A stretch of 64,000 nt of DNA, taken from the NCBI GenBank assembly GCA_001593865.1, contig LUCB01000012.1, forward strand, positions 2,485-66,484. The letters run 5' to 3'. The notes beneath the pieces were generated by a model. That model had not been told where the DNA came from and did no database searches. It saw only the letters and a program-made list of their open reading frames with translations. This document shows positions 27,176-36,656 of this stretch, piece by piece; position 1 is the first letter of the stretch, and the number at the start of each line of letters is the position of its first letter. Source of the DNA: Candidatus Bathyarchaeota archaeon B24 (lineage in GTDB: Archaea > Thermoproteota > CALKCG01 > B24). Both the position numbers and the translations under genes were made by a program.

Positions 27176-28549
27176 GTGAGTATTATTTTTAGTGTTTATA
27201 GTGTTACTATGATACTCGATAAGAACGCTTTCGGTGTTCGAGGCTTCTTTGCTGAGAGAGCTTTCAAGGCGACGTTTAGGAGGGAGGGGCAAGAGGCTGC
27301 TAGAGACCTGGTAAGAAGCGGTTTCGTCGGTAGGGATATTAGCGTCTACATACATTTCCCCTTCTGTACCGGGCTCTGCCCCGCCTGCCCCTATGTGAGG
27401 TATATTCAGAAGCCCAGTCTAATGGAAAGTTACTGCAACTCCCTTATCGAGGAGGTAGGGATGTATGGGAGGCTTCTCAAGGACCTTGAGCTAAGGATCA
27501 CAGATATCCATGTGGGAGGAGGTACACCAAGCCTTCCAGACCCCGTGTTCTATAAGAGGGTTTTAGAAGCTTTAGGCGAGTGGTTCGACCTTTGTAAAGG
27601 CTTATCGTTCGGGATCGAGGCTAATCCTGAAGACCTAACTGAGGATAAGGTGTTCAAGCTTAGGGAGGCAGGTGTTAACGAGCTTAGCATAGGTGTCCAG
27701 TCCTTCTTCAGAGAAAACCTCCGTACGCTTGGTAGAAGACATAGCGTGGAAGACTCTATAGACGCGATCGAGAACGTCGAGAAGGCGGGTTTTGAGAACG
27801 TTAACCTAGACATGATGTATATGATACCTAGGCAGACAGTCGAAAGCTGGGTTGAGGATTTGGAGCTCGCCGCCGAGTACAAACCGAGCCAGATAACCAC
27901 CTACCCGCTCCTCATAGTCCCGTACAGGCCGATGTATAGCCTCATGCGGCGGGGAAGGGTTCCAGAGCAGCCGAGCATGAGGGAGTTTAAGCAGATGTAC
28001 TACTCAGCGGTCGATAGGCTCGACGATCATGGATACAAGCCTGTTAGATACTACTCTTTCAGCAGGTCGCCGTGGGAGTACAGCACTGTCGAGAGGGAAA
28101 TGGTGGGGCCTCTTCTGGCTTTCGGGGCTGGAGCTATGGGCTTCCCAGGTAGATGCGAATACGTGAATACCTGCTCTGTTAGGGAGTATGTTAAGAGCAT
28201 AGCCAGAGGTATGCTTCCGATAGCAGGTATCAGACCGGTTTCGAAAGAAGAACGTGGGATAAGGTGGATAGCTGAGAGGCTCAGCGCCTTAAAGCTAGAA
28301 TTCGAAGACTTCGAAAGGGAGTTTGGTGAAAAGTTCAGGGAGTTTACGCGAAGAACAGGGTTCAGCCGAGCATTGACCATGCAGAGACTTATGGGCCACC
28401 TCAAATTCTATGAAGACCGGATAGAGCTGACGAGGAAGGGCTTATTCGGTAGAAACTTAAGCGGATGGCACTTCGTCCTCTCAGTCCCCTGCAGGATAGT
28501 CGAGGAGTACCTTAGAACACCATGGCCTAGAGAGGTGACTGTACCATAG
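27176..28549 (+). CDS. Radical SAM protein, HemN/HemW-like (oxygen-independent coproporphyrinogen-III-oxidase family); probable start at Met 27209
   Basis: CTGLCPAC (CxxxCxxC) motif followed by GGGTPS, with a HemN-type C-terminal domain. Confidence 0.75.
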   Translation: MSIIFSVYSVTMILDKNAFGVRGFFAERAFKATFRREGQEAARDLVRSGFVGRDISVYIHFPFCTGLCPACPYVRYIQKPSLMESYCNSLIEEVGMYGRLLKDLELRITDIHVGGGTPSLPDPVFYKRVLEALGEWFDLCKGLSFGIEANPEDLTEDKVFKLREAGVNELSIGVQSFFRENLRTLGRRHSVEDSIDAIENVEKAGFENVNLDMMYMIPRQTVESWVEDLELAAEYKPSQITTYPLLIVPYRPMYSLMRRGRVPEQPSMREFKQMYYSAVDRLDDHGYKPVRYYSFSRSPWEYSTVEREMVGPLLAFGAGAMGFPGRCEYVNTCSVREYVKSIARGMLPIAGIRPVSKEERGIRWIAERLSALKLEFEDFEREFGEKFREFTRRTGFSRALTMQRLMGHLKFYEDRIELTRKGLFGRNLSGWHFVLSVPCRIVEEYLRTPWPREVTVP

Positions 28550-29002
28550 AAACTCTGGTTTTCCTATCCACGGCCTAGTAAGAGGGGTTAAAATAATCGA
28601 AAAACCCCTCTTTAGACAACTCCCGTGCGATAGCGTTTATTGTTAATATAAAGGGCAGTTTCGCTGGAGACAGGTATCTGATACCGGTGGGTCAGTTTGT
28701 TTACATATAGCCGCCAACTCCATCCCCTCTTTCTCGAACATATCTATTCCCTTAGCTGACAAAAACTACTCGTTAACGTATAAAAATGTTCATCCATTTA
28801 TAAAGAAAAAATTTCCGGGAAAGAGGTGTTTCCAGAAGAGTCTAAGAGCCTAGGCTCGGCTCCATAAAAGGAAAGCTACGGCTCACCCATCAGGCTGCAC
28901 CTGGCTATGAGAAGCGGGTTTGGATTTCTACAAAAGATTCTCCAAGACCCCTCGGATCATGGGGGCCTCTCTCCAGCAAGGTTTTATTAGCCCTATACCT
29001 CT

Positions 29003-29932
29003 TTGATCAAGAGAGGTAGATGCGCCCTGACCTTAAAGGGGTTCGAAGGGTTTCTCAAAGCCGGTGAGATAGCCCGTGGGGCAAGGAGGTTCGCTGCAAG
29101 CCTCGTGGAGAGCGGTGTCAGCGTGTTCGAGCTCTGTGAACGGGTAGAGGATTACATAAGACGTATGGGTGGTGAGCCGGCCTTCCCCTGTAACGTGTGC
29201 ATCAATGATGTGGCTGCGCATTACACGGCTAAACCCGGCGATACGCTTGAGATCCCTGAGGGCTCGGTTGTTAAGGTGGACCTGGGGGTTCAGGTCGATG
29301 GATATCCGGTCGACACGGCCGTGACGGTTGTCTTGGACGATAGGCTTACGTTTCTTAAGGAGGCCGCCGAGGAGGCTTTGAGAAGGGCTTTGAAGACAGT
29401 CGGACCTGGGGTTAACGTTTCAGAGGTCGGTAGGGTTGTGCTTGAAACGGCTAAATCTTACGGCTTGAAGCCTATAAGGAACCTGTCTGGCCATGAGGTG
29501 GCTAGGTATAATCTGCATGCAGGGCTTTCGATACCCAATGTGCCGTCCTATGGTGGAAAGTTTAAACCCCATAGGGTTTATGCGGTCGAACCCTTCATGA
29601 CGACGTCGGAGGCTAGGGGTCTCGTAGTGGAAGCAGGTGCTCCGACGATCTACCGTTGCATATCCTATAAGAGGGTTCGAGACCGATACGCGGATATGCT
29701 TCTGAAAAAGCTGTGGTTTAAGTTCAGAGGCCTACCCTTCACAGAGCGTTGGTTTAGGAAAATGGGTTTGAAACCTAAGCTCGTAGAGGCTTGGGAGACC
29801 GTGAAGAAGCTTAAGATGGTGAGAGGCTATAGGGTTCTAAAAGAGGCTTCAGGAGGCCTGGTATCCCAAGCCGAGGAGTCGATACTCGTCACGGAGGATG
29901 GCTGCATAGAGCTCACAGGGTTCTTAGAATAG
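29003..29932 (+). CDS. map: Methionine aminopeptidase, type 2 (archaeal)
   Basis: Pita-bread fold motifs FPCNVCINDVAAHYTAKPGD, VDLGVQVDGY and HEV..Y; about 300 aa. Confidence 0.85.
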   Translation: MIKRGRCALTLKGFEGFLKAGEIARGARRFAASLVESGVSVFELCERVEDYIRRMGGEPAFPCNVCINDVAAHYTAKPGDTLEIPEGSVVKVDLGVQVDGYPVDTAVTVVLDDRLTFLKEAAEEALRRALKTVGPGVNVSEVGRVVLETAKSYGLKPIRNLSGHEVARYNLHAGLSIPNVPSYGGKFKPHRVYAVEPFMTTSEARGLVVEAGAPTIYRCISYKRVRDRYADMLLKKLWFKFRGLPFTERWFRKMGLKPKLVEAWETVKKLKMVRGYRVLKEASGGLVSQAEESILVTEDGCIELTGFLE

Positions 29933-29933
29933 C

Positions 29934-30320
29934 CTACTCTCCCTCTCTATATATCGCGAGTATCACCATAGGTGTCAGACACCTAGGGCAGTTATCTCCA
30001 GGACCTAGCACATAGTCCCCCCTTCTGAAAGGCCTGAGGTCTCTAAACCCGCATCTAAGACAGTGCATAACCGTGTGAACCTTATATTCTTTGGATTTGG
30101 GCGTTTTCGGTCTTCTTAAAACCGTCTGAGCTAGGGTGTACCCGGACAAAGCAAGCCCCATTAAACCTACCATGAGATAGTAAAGGGCGGCTTCTCTCTC
30201 ACCTCCGAGGTATGCGCTATAAGCCTGGACGAGAAAACCTATGCTTAAAACCATAAGCGCCGTTATTATCGCCGTAGCAACCAGCATCGCGAGGCTTCGT
30301 CTGGTGGGCATGGTCGCCAT
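29934..30320 (-). CDS. Small membrane protein with C-terminal zinc ribbon (CLRCGF...CPRC)
   Basis: Two TM helices followed by a Cys4 motif. Confidence 0.4.
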   Translation of the reverse strand: MATMPTRRSLAMLVATAIITALMVLSIGFLVQAYSAYLGGEREAALYYLMVGLMGLALSGYTLAQTVLRRPKTPKSKEYKVHTVMHCLRCGFRDLRPFRRGDYVLGPGDNCPRCLTPMVILAIYREGE

Positions 30321-30324
30321 CCTC

Positions 30325-31518
30325 TTACTGGCCGATCCCCAGGGTGTTACCTATCCCCGCCAGCAGAATAGTGTCACCTATCTTCGTCTTCTCCCTTATA
30401 AGGCGTCTAACCCGTTCGACAGCCTTCTCGACGCCCGCATAGATCTCGCGTCTCATAGGAGATATCGCGTCGTATAGAGACTCTTTGATGGCGACCGCGT
30501 AGAGAGGAACGCGAAACCTTTTGGCAACCTCCTCGATCTTAAACTTTTCGACACCTATACCCCCTATAGCCGCGCCCACACCCTCAGCAACCTCGCCGAC
30601 TTTTTCACCCTCAAGCTTTAACGCAGCATCGACCATTATGACAGCTGTCACATCGCCTCTGCTACCCAGGATCTTCTCGACCGCCTCACCCGGTTTGCCT
30701 ACGTTACCACCCGGCCCGAGTGCTTTGACGACTATAAGCCTCCTATTATCCACTTCAACCTCGGCCATAACCGTGTCTTCGGCTATGACCCTCTTCTCGG
30801 CACCGTACATAAACCTAGCCGCCACAAGACTTCCTGCCCCGTCTCCTATCGGTTGACCGTCCCTGAACGCCTTGACCGCAGCCGACAGAGCCTTTGCCTC
30901 TTGAAGAACCATAGGCAGGATGGCGTCGGCCTGGTAGATCACGAAGAGGCTCATAGTCTTCTTACCCAGCAGGTAGTAGTGTCTGATTACCCTATATATC
31001 CGGTCTAAAGAACTGCCGGCTTCAAGAAGTCCCTCGAGATTTCTAAGTCGAGCATCATCTACGCCAGGTACAAGGCTCTTGATCTCCCATCTAAGTCTCT
31101 CCTCCCTCGTGTCGAGGATGTGCTCGATCTTACCCACTATACCAAACGGGTCTAGAGAAGTAGGCTCTATCCAGAAATATTCGAGTAATCTGTCGACCTC
31201 AGCCTCAAGACCAGGTTTGTTGGAAAGCACCTTAATGGTCTCGATGATCGTCTGCCTAGCCTCATCCCTCATCCTCTTGATCTTATGTAAACCTATCTCG
31301 ACGTTCCTAAGCATAACCCAGATCTGAAACTTTTGACCGTAAAGTATGCTGAAGAGAAACAGGGCTATGAATATGGCTTGAAAGACCAGCCCGAGTATGT
31401 CTCCTTGCGTACCGGCGCCTGAGACCTGCTGAAGCGTAACACCCAACCCCGGCTCTAAACTAAACATGTGAAGCCCTTCCAAATATAAATCTTCAGAGAA
31501 TAGTACGGTTGCCGGCAT
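30325..31518 (-). CDS. Membrane-anchored conserved archaeal protein (DUF1512-like); true start probably at a downstream Met, since the listed start overlaps the 5S rRNA
   Basis: N-terminal TM segments followed by a soluble Gly/Ala-rich domain; family assignment tentative. Confidence 0.4.
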   Translation of the reverse strand: MPATVLFSEDLYLEGLHMFSLEPGLGVTLQQVSGAGTQGDILGLVFQAIFIALFLFSILYGQKFQIWVMLRNVEIGLHKIKRMRDEARQTIIETIKVLSNKPGLEAEVDRLLEYFWIEPTSLDPFGIVGKIEHILDTREERLRWEIKSLVPGVDDARLRNLEGLLEAGSSLDRIYRVIRHYYLLGKKTMSLFVIYQADAILPMVLQEAKALSAAVKAFRDGQPIGDGAGSLVAARFMYGAEKRVIAEDTVMAEVEVDNRRLIVVKALGPGGNVGKPGEAVEKILGSRGDVTAVIMVDAALKLEGEKVGEVAEGVGAAIGGIGVEKFKIEEVAKRFRVPLYAVAIKESLYDAISPMRREIYAGVEKAVERVRRLIREKTKIGDTILLAGIGNTLGIGQ

Positions 31519-31628
31519 CCCCCACCCCTCCTAGGGTCTCCCACTAGGGGGAGAGGGAGACGTGGCGTGGTTTGACTTCCGTGTTCGAAATGGGTACGGG
31601 TCGAACCCACGCCCTATGACCGGCAACC
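31507..31628 (-). rRNA. rrf: 5S ribosomal RNA (stand-alone, not linked to 16S/23S)
   Basis: Minus strand reads GGTTGCCGG...CCCATTTCGAACACGGAAGTCAAACC...CCGGCAACC. The universal 5S loop C/helix III motif (CCGAACACGGAAGU) is present, and helix I closes with a 9-bp terminal pairing GGTTGCCGG/CCGGCAACC; about 122 nt. Confidence 0.85.
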
Positions 31629-31691
31629 AGGAGATATGGGAAACCTAGAGCTATATAAACGTTAAACCTCTCGAGGTGAGAGGCTTCGAAC

Positions 31692-32114
31692 CTACTGTAG
31701 CGACAGCTTAGCTATAAACTCGTTACCGTTCTTGGTTGTTACGGTTATCGTGATTATGTCTCCTCTTGAAAACTCGCCCTCTGATGTCACGTCTATGACC
31801 ACGACTTCACCGGCTTTCACGGACTTGGAACCTTTCCAAGAGCAAAAGGCATCGGTCTTTTCCACCGTTACCTCAGCTATCTCCGCCGTCACAGTGCCTA
31901 TGTTCCTTATCTGAATCTTTATCTTCGTGCTCGTAGCCAGTACGGCCTTCTCGACCATAAGCTCCTCAGACCCGGTGGCTCCACTTATCATATTTGAAAC
32001 CCAAGTCCACAGGATCGCCGTAGCAGCTACGGCTAAAACGATGAGTAGCAAAGTCGCTACTACCGGGCTTAACGCTTTCCTATGGCTTTTAAACTTCGTG
32101 ATCAGCATACTCAT
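31692..32114 (-). CDS. Archaeal type IV pilin/flagellin-like protein with class III signal peptide
   Basis: N-terminus KSHRKALSPVVATLLLIVLAVAATAILW is a typical PibD/FlaK-processed prepilin signal (basic residues, A-L-S-P-V, hydrophobic helix). A TATA-like CTTATAAAAT lies 25-35 nt upstream. Confidence 0.65.
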   Translation of the reverse strand: MSMLITKFKSHRKALSPVVATLLLIVLAVAATAILWTWVSNMISGATGSEELMVEKAVLATSTKIKIQIRNIGTVTAEIAEVTVEKTDAFCSWKGSKSVKAGEVVVIDVTSEGEFSRGDIITITVTTKNGNEFIAKLSLQ

Positions 32115-32227
32115 AATCTGTAAATAATGTATTTATCCCCTATTTTATAAGGGTTTTCTTGTTTTTACCAAAATGTCGGGTTAACTGATCTTATATTTTC
32201 CAAAAAATCCTAACTCTTCTTTGTTTT

Positions 32228-32902
32228 TCACAACTTCTCTCTTTTAAGAGCCTCCCATCCCCCCTTCTGCTTGGTAAGCACGATATCAAACGCCTCCTTA
32301 GCCGTTAGAGTCTCAGGCTCCGCTCCGGTGGCAGCCTTAACGAGGCTTTTAGCAGCCCTCAAAACCTCGTCGCATAGGGTCGAGTCTATTTTATCCGCTA
32401 GATGGGCTATGAGAGCCTCTAGGGTTTTGGGGCTGAAGGGTCCATAGCGTCCATGAATGGCTAAAACGCCGTGGATCACATCCATCGGAAACCCCCTCCT
32501 GATCAGCTCTGAAACAACCAGCGTGTGGTGGTCTATCCTCTCACCTATCTCGCTAAACCCTGACGGAGACCCCTCCTCATAGACCACCGTTTTATATATG
32601 TCGTGGAGTAGCGTAGATGCTAAAACCACATCCTCGTCGACATCGCAGCCGTAGACCTCCTTAACTATACGGCATAACGCCAGACCCAGCTTAGCACATG
32701 CAACCGTATGGTCTAGGAGGCCTCCCTTGTAGGAATGGTGGTATCCCCTAGACCCCCACCCCTCTTCAAGCTGAGGAGGCTTAACCCTGGTTCCTGAAAG
32801 CTCAAACTCAGGGTTTTCCATAAAGTCTTTGACGAGCTGTCTGAGCTTTTTATCCCCGATCATCTCTATCAGGTTAAGAAGCTCGCCATAGAGTTTACCC
32901 AC
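32228..32902 (-). CDS. HD-domain phosphohydrolase
   Basis: H...HD motif (LLHDIYK) and downstream His/Asp residues. Confidence 0.7.
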   Translation of the reverse strand: MGKLYGELLNLIEMIGDKKLRQLVKDFMENPEFELSGTRVKPPQLEEGWGSRGYHHSYKGGLLDHTVACAKLGLALCRIVKEVYGCDVDEDVVLASTLLHDIYKTVVYEEGSPSGFSEIGERIDHHTLVVSELIRRGFPMDVIHGVLAIHGRYGPFSPKTLEALIAHLADKIDSTLCDEVLRAAKSLVKAATGAEPETLTAKEAFDIVLTKQKGGWEALKREKL

Positions 32903-32959
32903 TTAGATACACCGCTAAAAATAGTCTCAGGTGTAAAGTTTAAGTATTCGGCCTCCTCG

Positions 32960-33748
32960 TCAGGCTCCGAACCTTCTCCGCCGCCTCTGATACGTTCTTA
33001 TAGCCCTGAGAAGGTCTATCTCACGGAATTCAGGCCAATAGACATCTAAAAAGCAAAGCTCACTGTAGGCGCTCTGCCATAGCAGGAACCCGCTAAGCCT
33101 CTCCTCACCGCTCGTCCTTATTATCAGGTCAGGCTCAGGATTCGGGAGATGGGCTGTGTAAAGGTGTTTCTGAAAGAGCTCCTCGTTTATATCCTCAGGT
33201 TTAAGACGTTCCTCAGCTATAAGCTTGGCTATGCTCCTAACGGCGTCGATTATCTCCCTCCTACCGCCGTAGGCTAAGGCTATGTTGAGCCACCTCTCTC
33301 CATAATGCGAAGTCTTATCCTCAACCTCCTCGGCGGTTTTCCTAACGCTTTCAGGCAGGAGCTCAAGGGCGCCAAGAATCTTAATCCTGACCCTGTGCTC
33401 GTGGATATCTGGGTTATCGAGGAGCTGCTTTAGCTTCTCCTCGAAAAGCCTGAAAAGCTCCTCGACCTCTCGTCTAGGTCTCCTGAAGTTTTCGGTCGAA
33501 AACGCGTACAGGGTTATCGTTTTTACACCTAGGTCTAGGCACCATTTTAAAACGTCCTCGACTTTTTCAGCCCCAAACCTGTGTCCAAGCCATGGGGGAT
33601 ACCCGCGTTTAGAAGCCCATCTTCTGTTCCCATCGAGTATTATCCCGACGTGACCAGGTATAGCACCTTTCTTAACCTCCCGTCTAAGCCACCACTTATA
33701 GACCCTGTAAACTCCTATTATCTTTAGAAAGCCTCTAACCCAATCCAT
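32960..33748 (-). CDS. uppS: Undecaprenyl/di-trans,poly-cis-prenyl diphosphate synthase (cis-prenyltransferase)
   Basis: HVGIILDGNRRWA motif and ERLSGFLLWQSAYSEL C-terminal motif. Confidence 0.85.
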   Translation of the reverse strand: MDWVRGFLKIIGVYRVYKWWLRREVKKGAIPGHVGIILDGNRRWASKRGYPPWLGHRFGAEKVEDVLKWCLDLGVKTITLYAFSTENFRRPRREVEELFRLFEEKLKQLLDNPDIHEHRVRIKILGALELLPESVRKTAEEVEDKTSHYGERWLNIALAYGGRREIIDAVRSIAKLIAEERLKPEDINEELFQKHLYTAHLPNPEPDLIIRTSGEERLSGFLLWQSAYSELCFLDVYWPEFREIDLLRAIRTYQRRRRRFGA

Positions 33749-33853
33749 AGGGGCTAGGAGAATACCCCGAGCCGACGGATTTATAGTTTGTGACAGCCAG
33801 TCGTGAAAAGGATATTAGCCCGTAGCCTACTTCTATCTCCTTCGATGTAAACA

Positions 33854-34996
33854 ATGCTCAACGTTATGGCCACCCTACCGCCTGGGTTCGAAGAGGAGGC
33901 TTGTAGAGAGCTTAGATGGTTCAATGTTAAAGTTCAGGAAGTCCGGGGTCTCCGAGGTAGGATATTCTTCGCATGCCCCGAGCCGGAGGTCGTTGAGCTG
34001 AACTATAGGTCAAGATGTCTCGAGAGGATCGTAGTTATCCTCCTCAGATGCGAGGTGGAGGGTCTTGAAGAGGTCTATAGACGCGTCAGAGGTTTAGAGT
34101 TCGGTCGTTGGATATCTAGCGGACAGAGCTTCGCGGTAAGGGCCTCCAGGATAGGCTCTCATCCGTATACGTCTATGGACATAGCCCGTGAAGCCGGGAG
34201 AGCGGTCATAGACAGCTACCTGTCTTCTAAAGGTGTTAGGTTAAAGGTTAACCTAGATGAGCCTGACGTGATCGTGAGGGTTTACCAGGTCAAAAACGAG
34301 TTGATAGTAGGCATAGACACGACGGGAGACTGGGCTCTGCATAAACGTGGCTACCGGGTCTACGACCACCCCGCTGCGTTAAACCCCTGTATAGCCTCCG
34401 CCATGATAATAGCCTCAAACTGGAAACCAAGCGATAGTCTGATAGACCCCATGTGCGGAGGCGGCACGATCCCGATAGAGGCTGCTTTAAAAGGTTTAAA
34501 CATCCCACCGGCTAAATTTAGGAGAAAACCCCTAGCCATATCAAACCTTAAGGTCTTTCAGGTGTATCTCGAAGCTTTTTCAGCTGAGGGGCTTTGCTCA
34601 GAGGGTTCCACGCTTGACATATGGGGTCTAGACATAAGCCCTAAACACGTAGCTGGCGCTGTTCAAAACTCCAAAGCCGCCGGTGTAGATAAGGTGATCA
34701 AGTTTCTAGTCGGGGATGCTACGAGGCTTAGGAGAATATTCGACAGAAGCTTCGACTTCGCCATAGTAAACCCGCCTTACGGGCTGAGGTCTTCGTCGCC
34801 CAGGGCTTTGAGGAAGCTTTACGATGGTCTAGCATCATCGATGGTTAGGCTTCTGGAGAAGCGTCTTGTAACCATAACCCATAGAGTCGGGACGATGCGT
34901 GAAGCCCTCTTATCAAACGGTTTCGAGATAGAGTTCGAAAAGCCTGTTAAACACGGAGACCTACCCTGCTGGGTTCTATCGGCTAGACCACCTTAA
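33854..34996 (+). CDS. THUMP-domain tRNA (guanine-N2) methyltransferase (Trm14/RlmL-like)
   Basis: N-terminal ferredoxin-like/THUMP region followed by a class I MTase with DPMCGGGT and NPPYG motifs. Confidence 0.7.
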   Translation: MLNVMATLPPGFEEEACRELRWFNVKVQEVRGLRGRIFFACPEPEVVELNYRSRCLERIVVILLRCEVEGLEEVYRRVRGLEFGRWISSGQSFAVRASRIGSHPYTSMDIAREAGRAVIDSYLSSKGVRLKVNLDEPDVIVRVYQVKNELIVGIDTTGDWALHKRGYRVYDHPAALNPCIASAMIIASNWKPSDSLIDPMCGGGTIPIEAALKGLNIPPAKFRRKPLAISNLKVFQVYLEAFSAEGLCSEGSTLDIWGLDISPKHVAGAVQNSKAAGVDKVIKFLVGDATRLRRIFDRSFDFAIVNPPYGLRSSSPRALRKLYDGLASSMVRLLEKRLVTITHRVGTMREALLSNGFEIEFEKPVKHGDLPCWVLSARPP

Positions 34997-35780
34997 CGGC
35001 GAACCTATCCCCTGGTTTAAGCCCGAAAAATCTGCTACCACTACCCATGTTAACGGCTAGCTCGAGCATGCGGAAGCTATCGACTATAGCCAACGGGGTG
35101 CCTGGGTCGACTTCTCCATAGGCTTCCACAAGCCTAACCTCAAACCTCTTCGAGCCTGTCTCCACGAGAAGACGGCTACCTCTACCGATGCTTAACGTTT
35201 TAAGCAGTTTCTCGTCTATATTTGTGACCACGTTTCCGAACCCGTCGACGTAGAGGACTTCCCCGTAGATACATTCTCCTTTGAGCCTAGGTTTAGGAAA
35301 GCTGAGCTCGACGTAGCTTAGAGAAGGCTCCCCGAGATGCTCAGCCCTCTCTCCTATAGAGAGTCTAGCGGCGGCGGGGGCAAACAGGTCTCTACCGTGA
35401 AAGGTATGCGAAACCCACCCTATACGCACTTTATCCTCTAAGATTCTGTATACCCGTCTCAGGCCGAGTCTCCTCGCCGCAGGTATCAGAAGACCGTTGT
35501 CTGGTCCTACGAGGAGACCCCTATCACACTCCACTATCAGGGGTCTTCTAGCGGTTCCGACACCTGGGTCGACCACCCCTACGTGTATGCTTCCTTCTGG
35601 AAAATACTCTACAATATGGGCCAGTATGAAAGCCCCCATCCTGACGTTAAACTTATCTATGGAGTGAGTTATGTCGACTATCACAGCTTCAGGGTTTATC
35701 CTCAATATCACGGCCTTCATGGCGGCTGGGTATGGGTCTGACAATCCGAAGTCTGTAAGCAGGGTTATTATTTTTCCCAT
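34983..35780 (-). CDS. S-adenosyl-L-methionine hydroxide adenosyltransferase (DUF62, SalL/fluorinase family)
   Basis: N-terminus ITLLTDFGLSDPYPAAMKAVIL is the DUF62 signature. Confidence 0.8.
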   Translation of the reverse strand: MGKIITLLTDFGLSDPYPAAMKAVILRINPEAVIVDITHSIDKFNVRMGAFILAHIVEYFPEGSIHVGVVDPGVGTARRPLIVECDRGLLVGPDNGLLIPAARRLGLRRVYRILEDKVRIGWVSHTFHGRDLFAPAAARLSIGERAEHLGEPSLSYVELSFPKPRLKGECIYGEVLYVDGFGNVVTNIDEKLLKTLSIGRGSRLLVETGSKRFEVRLVEAYGEVDPGTPLAIVDSFRMLELAVNMGSGSRFFGLKPGDRFAVKVV

Positions 35781-35832
35781 GTATTCTTCACCGGGATTTT
35801 TAGACGGAGAGGCTTCTTAAAAATAAATCCTA

Positions 35833-35860
35833 GTGATACATAAAATGATACATAGGTATC
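35833..35860. promoter_or_regulatory. Operator-like motif in a divergent promoter: direct repeat TGATACATA x2, the second copy forming the palindrome TGATAC-ATAG-GTATCA
   Basis: Read directly from the sequence; lies between the divergent DUF62 gene and the ESCRT-III-like operon within AT-rich promoter DNA. Confidence 0.4.
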
Positions 35861-35987
35861 ATCTTTTACTAGAGTTTTAGTCTAAAAATACCCTTAGACC
35901 GTTAAACTCCTTGCCCTCTAAAGCGGCTATTCCACAGCTTTCTTTAAACAATCCATTAAAGACGTTTCAACCCTCCTAGTTCATGAG

Positions 35988-36608
35988 GTGTTTCCTACGT
36001 CCATGAAAAAATGGGAGAAAGGTGGGAGGATATTTCAAAGAACCCCTCTGAAGAAGAGGCTTACCATGGCTATACACAGGCTTAAAGTACAGTATTCTAG
36101 GGTCGAAGGAGCAGCTATGCGGATGAGTAGACACGAGAAGGAGCTCTTCGAGAAATGTGTGAACGCTCAGATGAAAGGGGACTCTGCCAGGGCGGCGCTC
36201 TACGCGAACGAATGCGCCGAAGCACGTAAAATGTCTAAGATAGTTTTAGGGGCTCAGCTTGCTCTTGAGAAAGCTATACTCAGGCTTGAAACTGTTCACC
36301 AGTTGGGTGAAACGGCCGCCGCGATAATCCCCGTGGCCCGTATACTTAAAGCGGTTCAGAAAGACCTAGCCGGGGTCATACCTGAAGTCAGCTACGAGAT
36401 CGGGGTCATAAGCGATGAGATCGGTAAGATGGTCGTCGAAGTCGGTGAAGCAACCGGTATGGTCGTCGACATGGAAGCCGCCAGCGAGGAGGCTAAGAAG
36501 ATTCTCGAAGAGGCCTCCGCTGTGGCCGAGCAGAGGCTTAAGGAGAAGCTTCCAGAGCTCCCTACGATACCTACCCCAGACACGTCTACACCGACACCTG
36601 GGCATTAG
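35988..36608 (+). CDS. ESCRT-III/Snf7-family protein (CdvB/CHMP2-like); real start possibly Met 36066 (MAIHRLKVQ...)
   Basis: Basic N-terminal helical hairpin and acidic C-terminus. KELFEKCVNAQMKGDSARAALYANECAEARKMSKIVLGAQLALEKAILRLETVHQLGETAAAI follows the Snf7-domain pattern (KK..GN.DAARI.A...VR.RK.......A.LE.V..RL.T....), and ISDEIGKMVVEVGE is an alpha-4-like acidic segment. Confidence 0.55.
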   Translation: MFPTSMKKWEKGGRIFQRTPLKKRLTMAIHRLKVQYSRVEGAAMRMSRHEKELFEKCVNAQMKGDSARAALYANECAEARKMSKIVLGAQLALEKAILRLETVHQLGETAAAIIPVARILKAVQKDLAGVIPEVSYEIGVISDEIGKMVVEVGEATGMVVDMEAASEEAKKILEEASAVAEQRLKEKLPELPTIPTPDTSTPTPGH

Positions 36609-36656
36609 ACCCGAAGGTTTAAGTCAGATCCTCCACCACAATTTTTCGTTAGATAG

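Noticed and set aside
28550-29002. SRP (7S) RNA or RNase P RNA in the 450-nt non-coding gap
   Set aside because: The gap is AT-rich and lacks the GC-rich helices expected of a 7S/RNase P RNA. Only a short terminator-like hairpin (GAGGGG...CCCCTC plus TTT) after the radical-SAM gene is evident.
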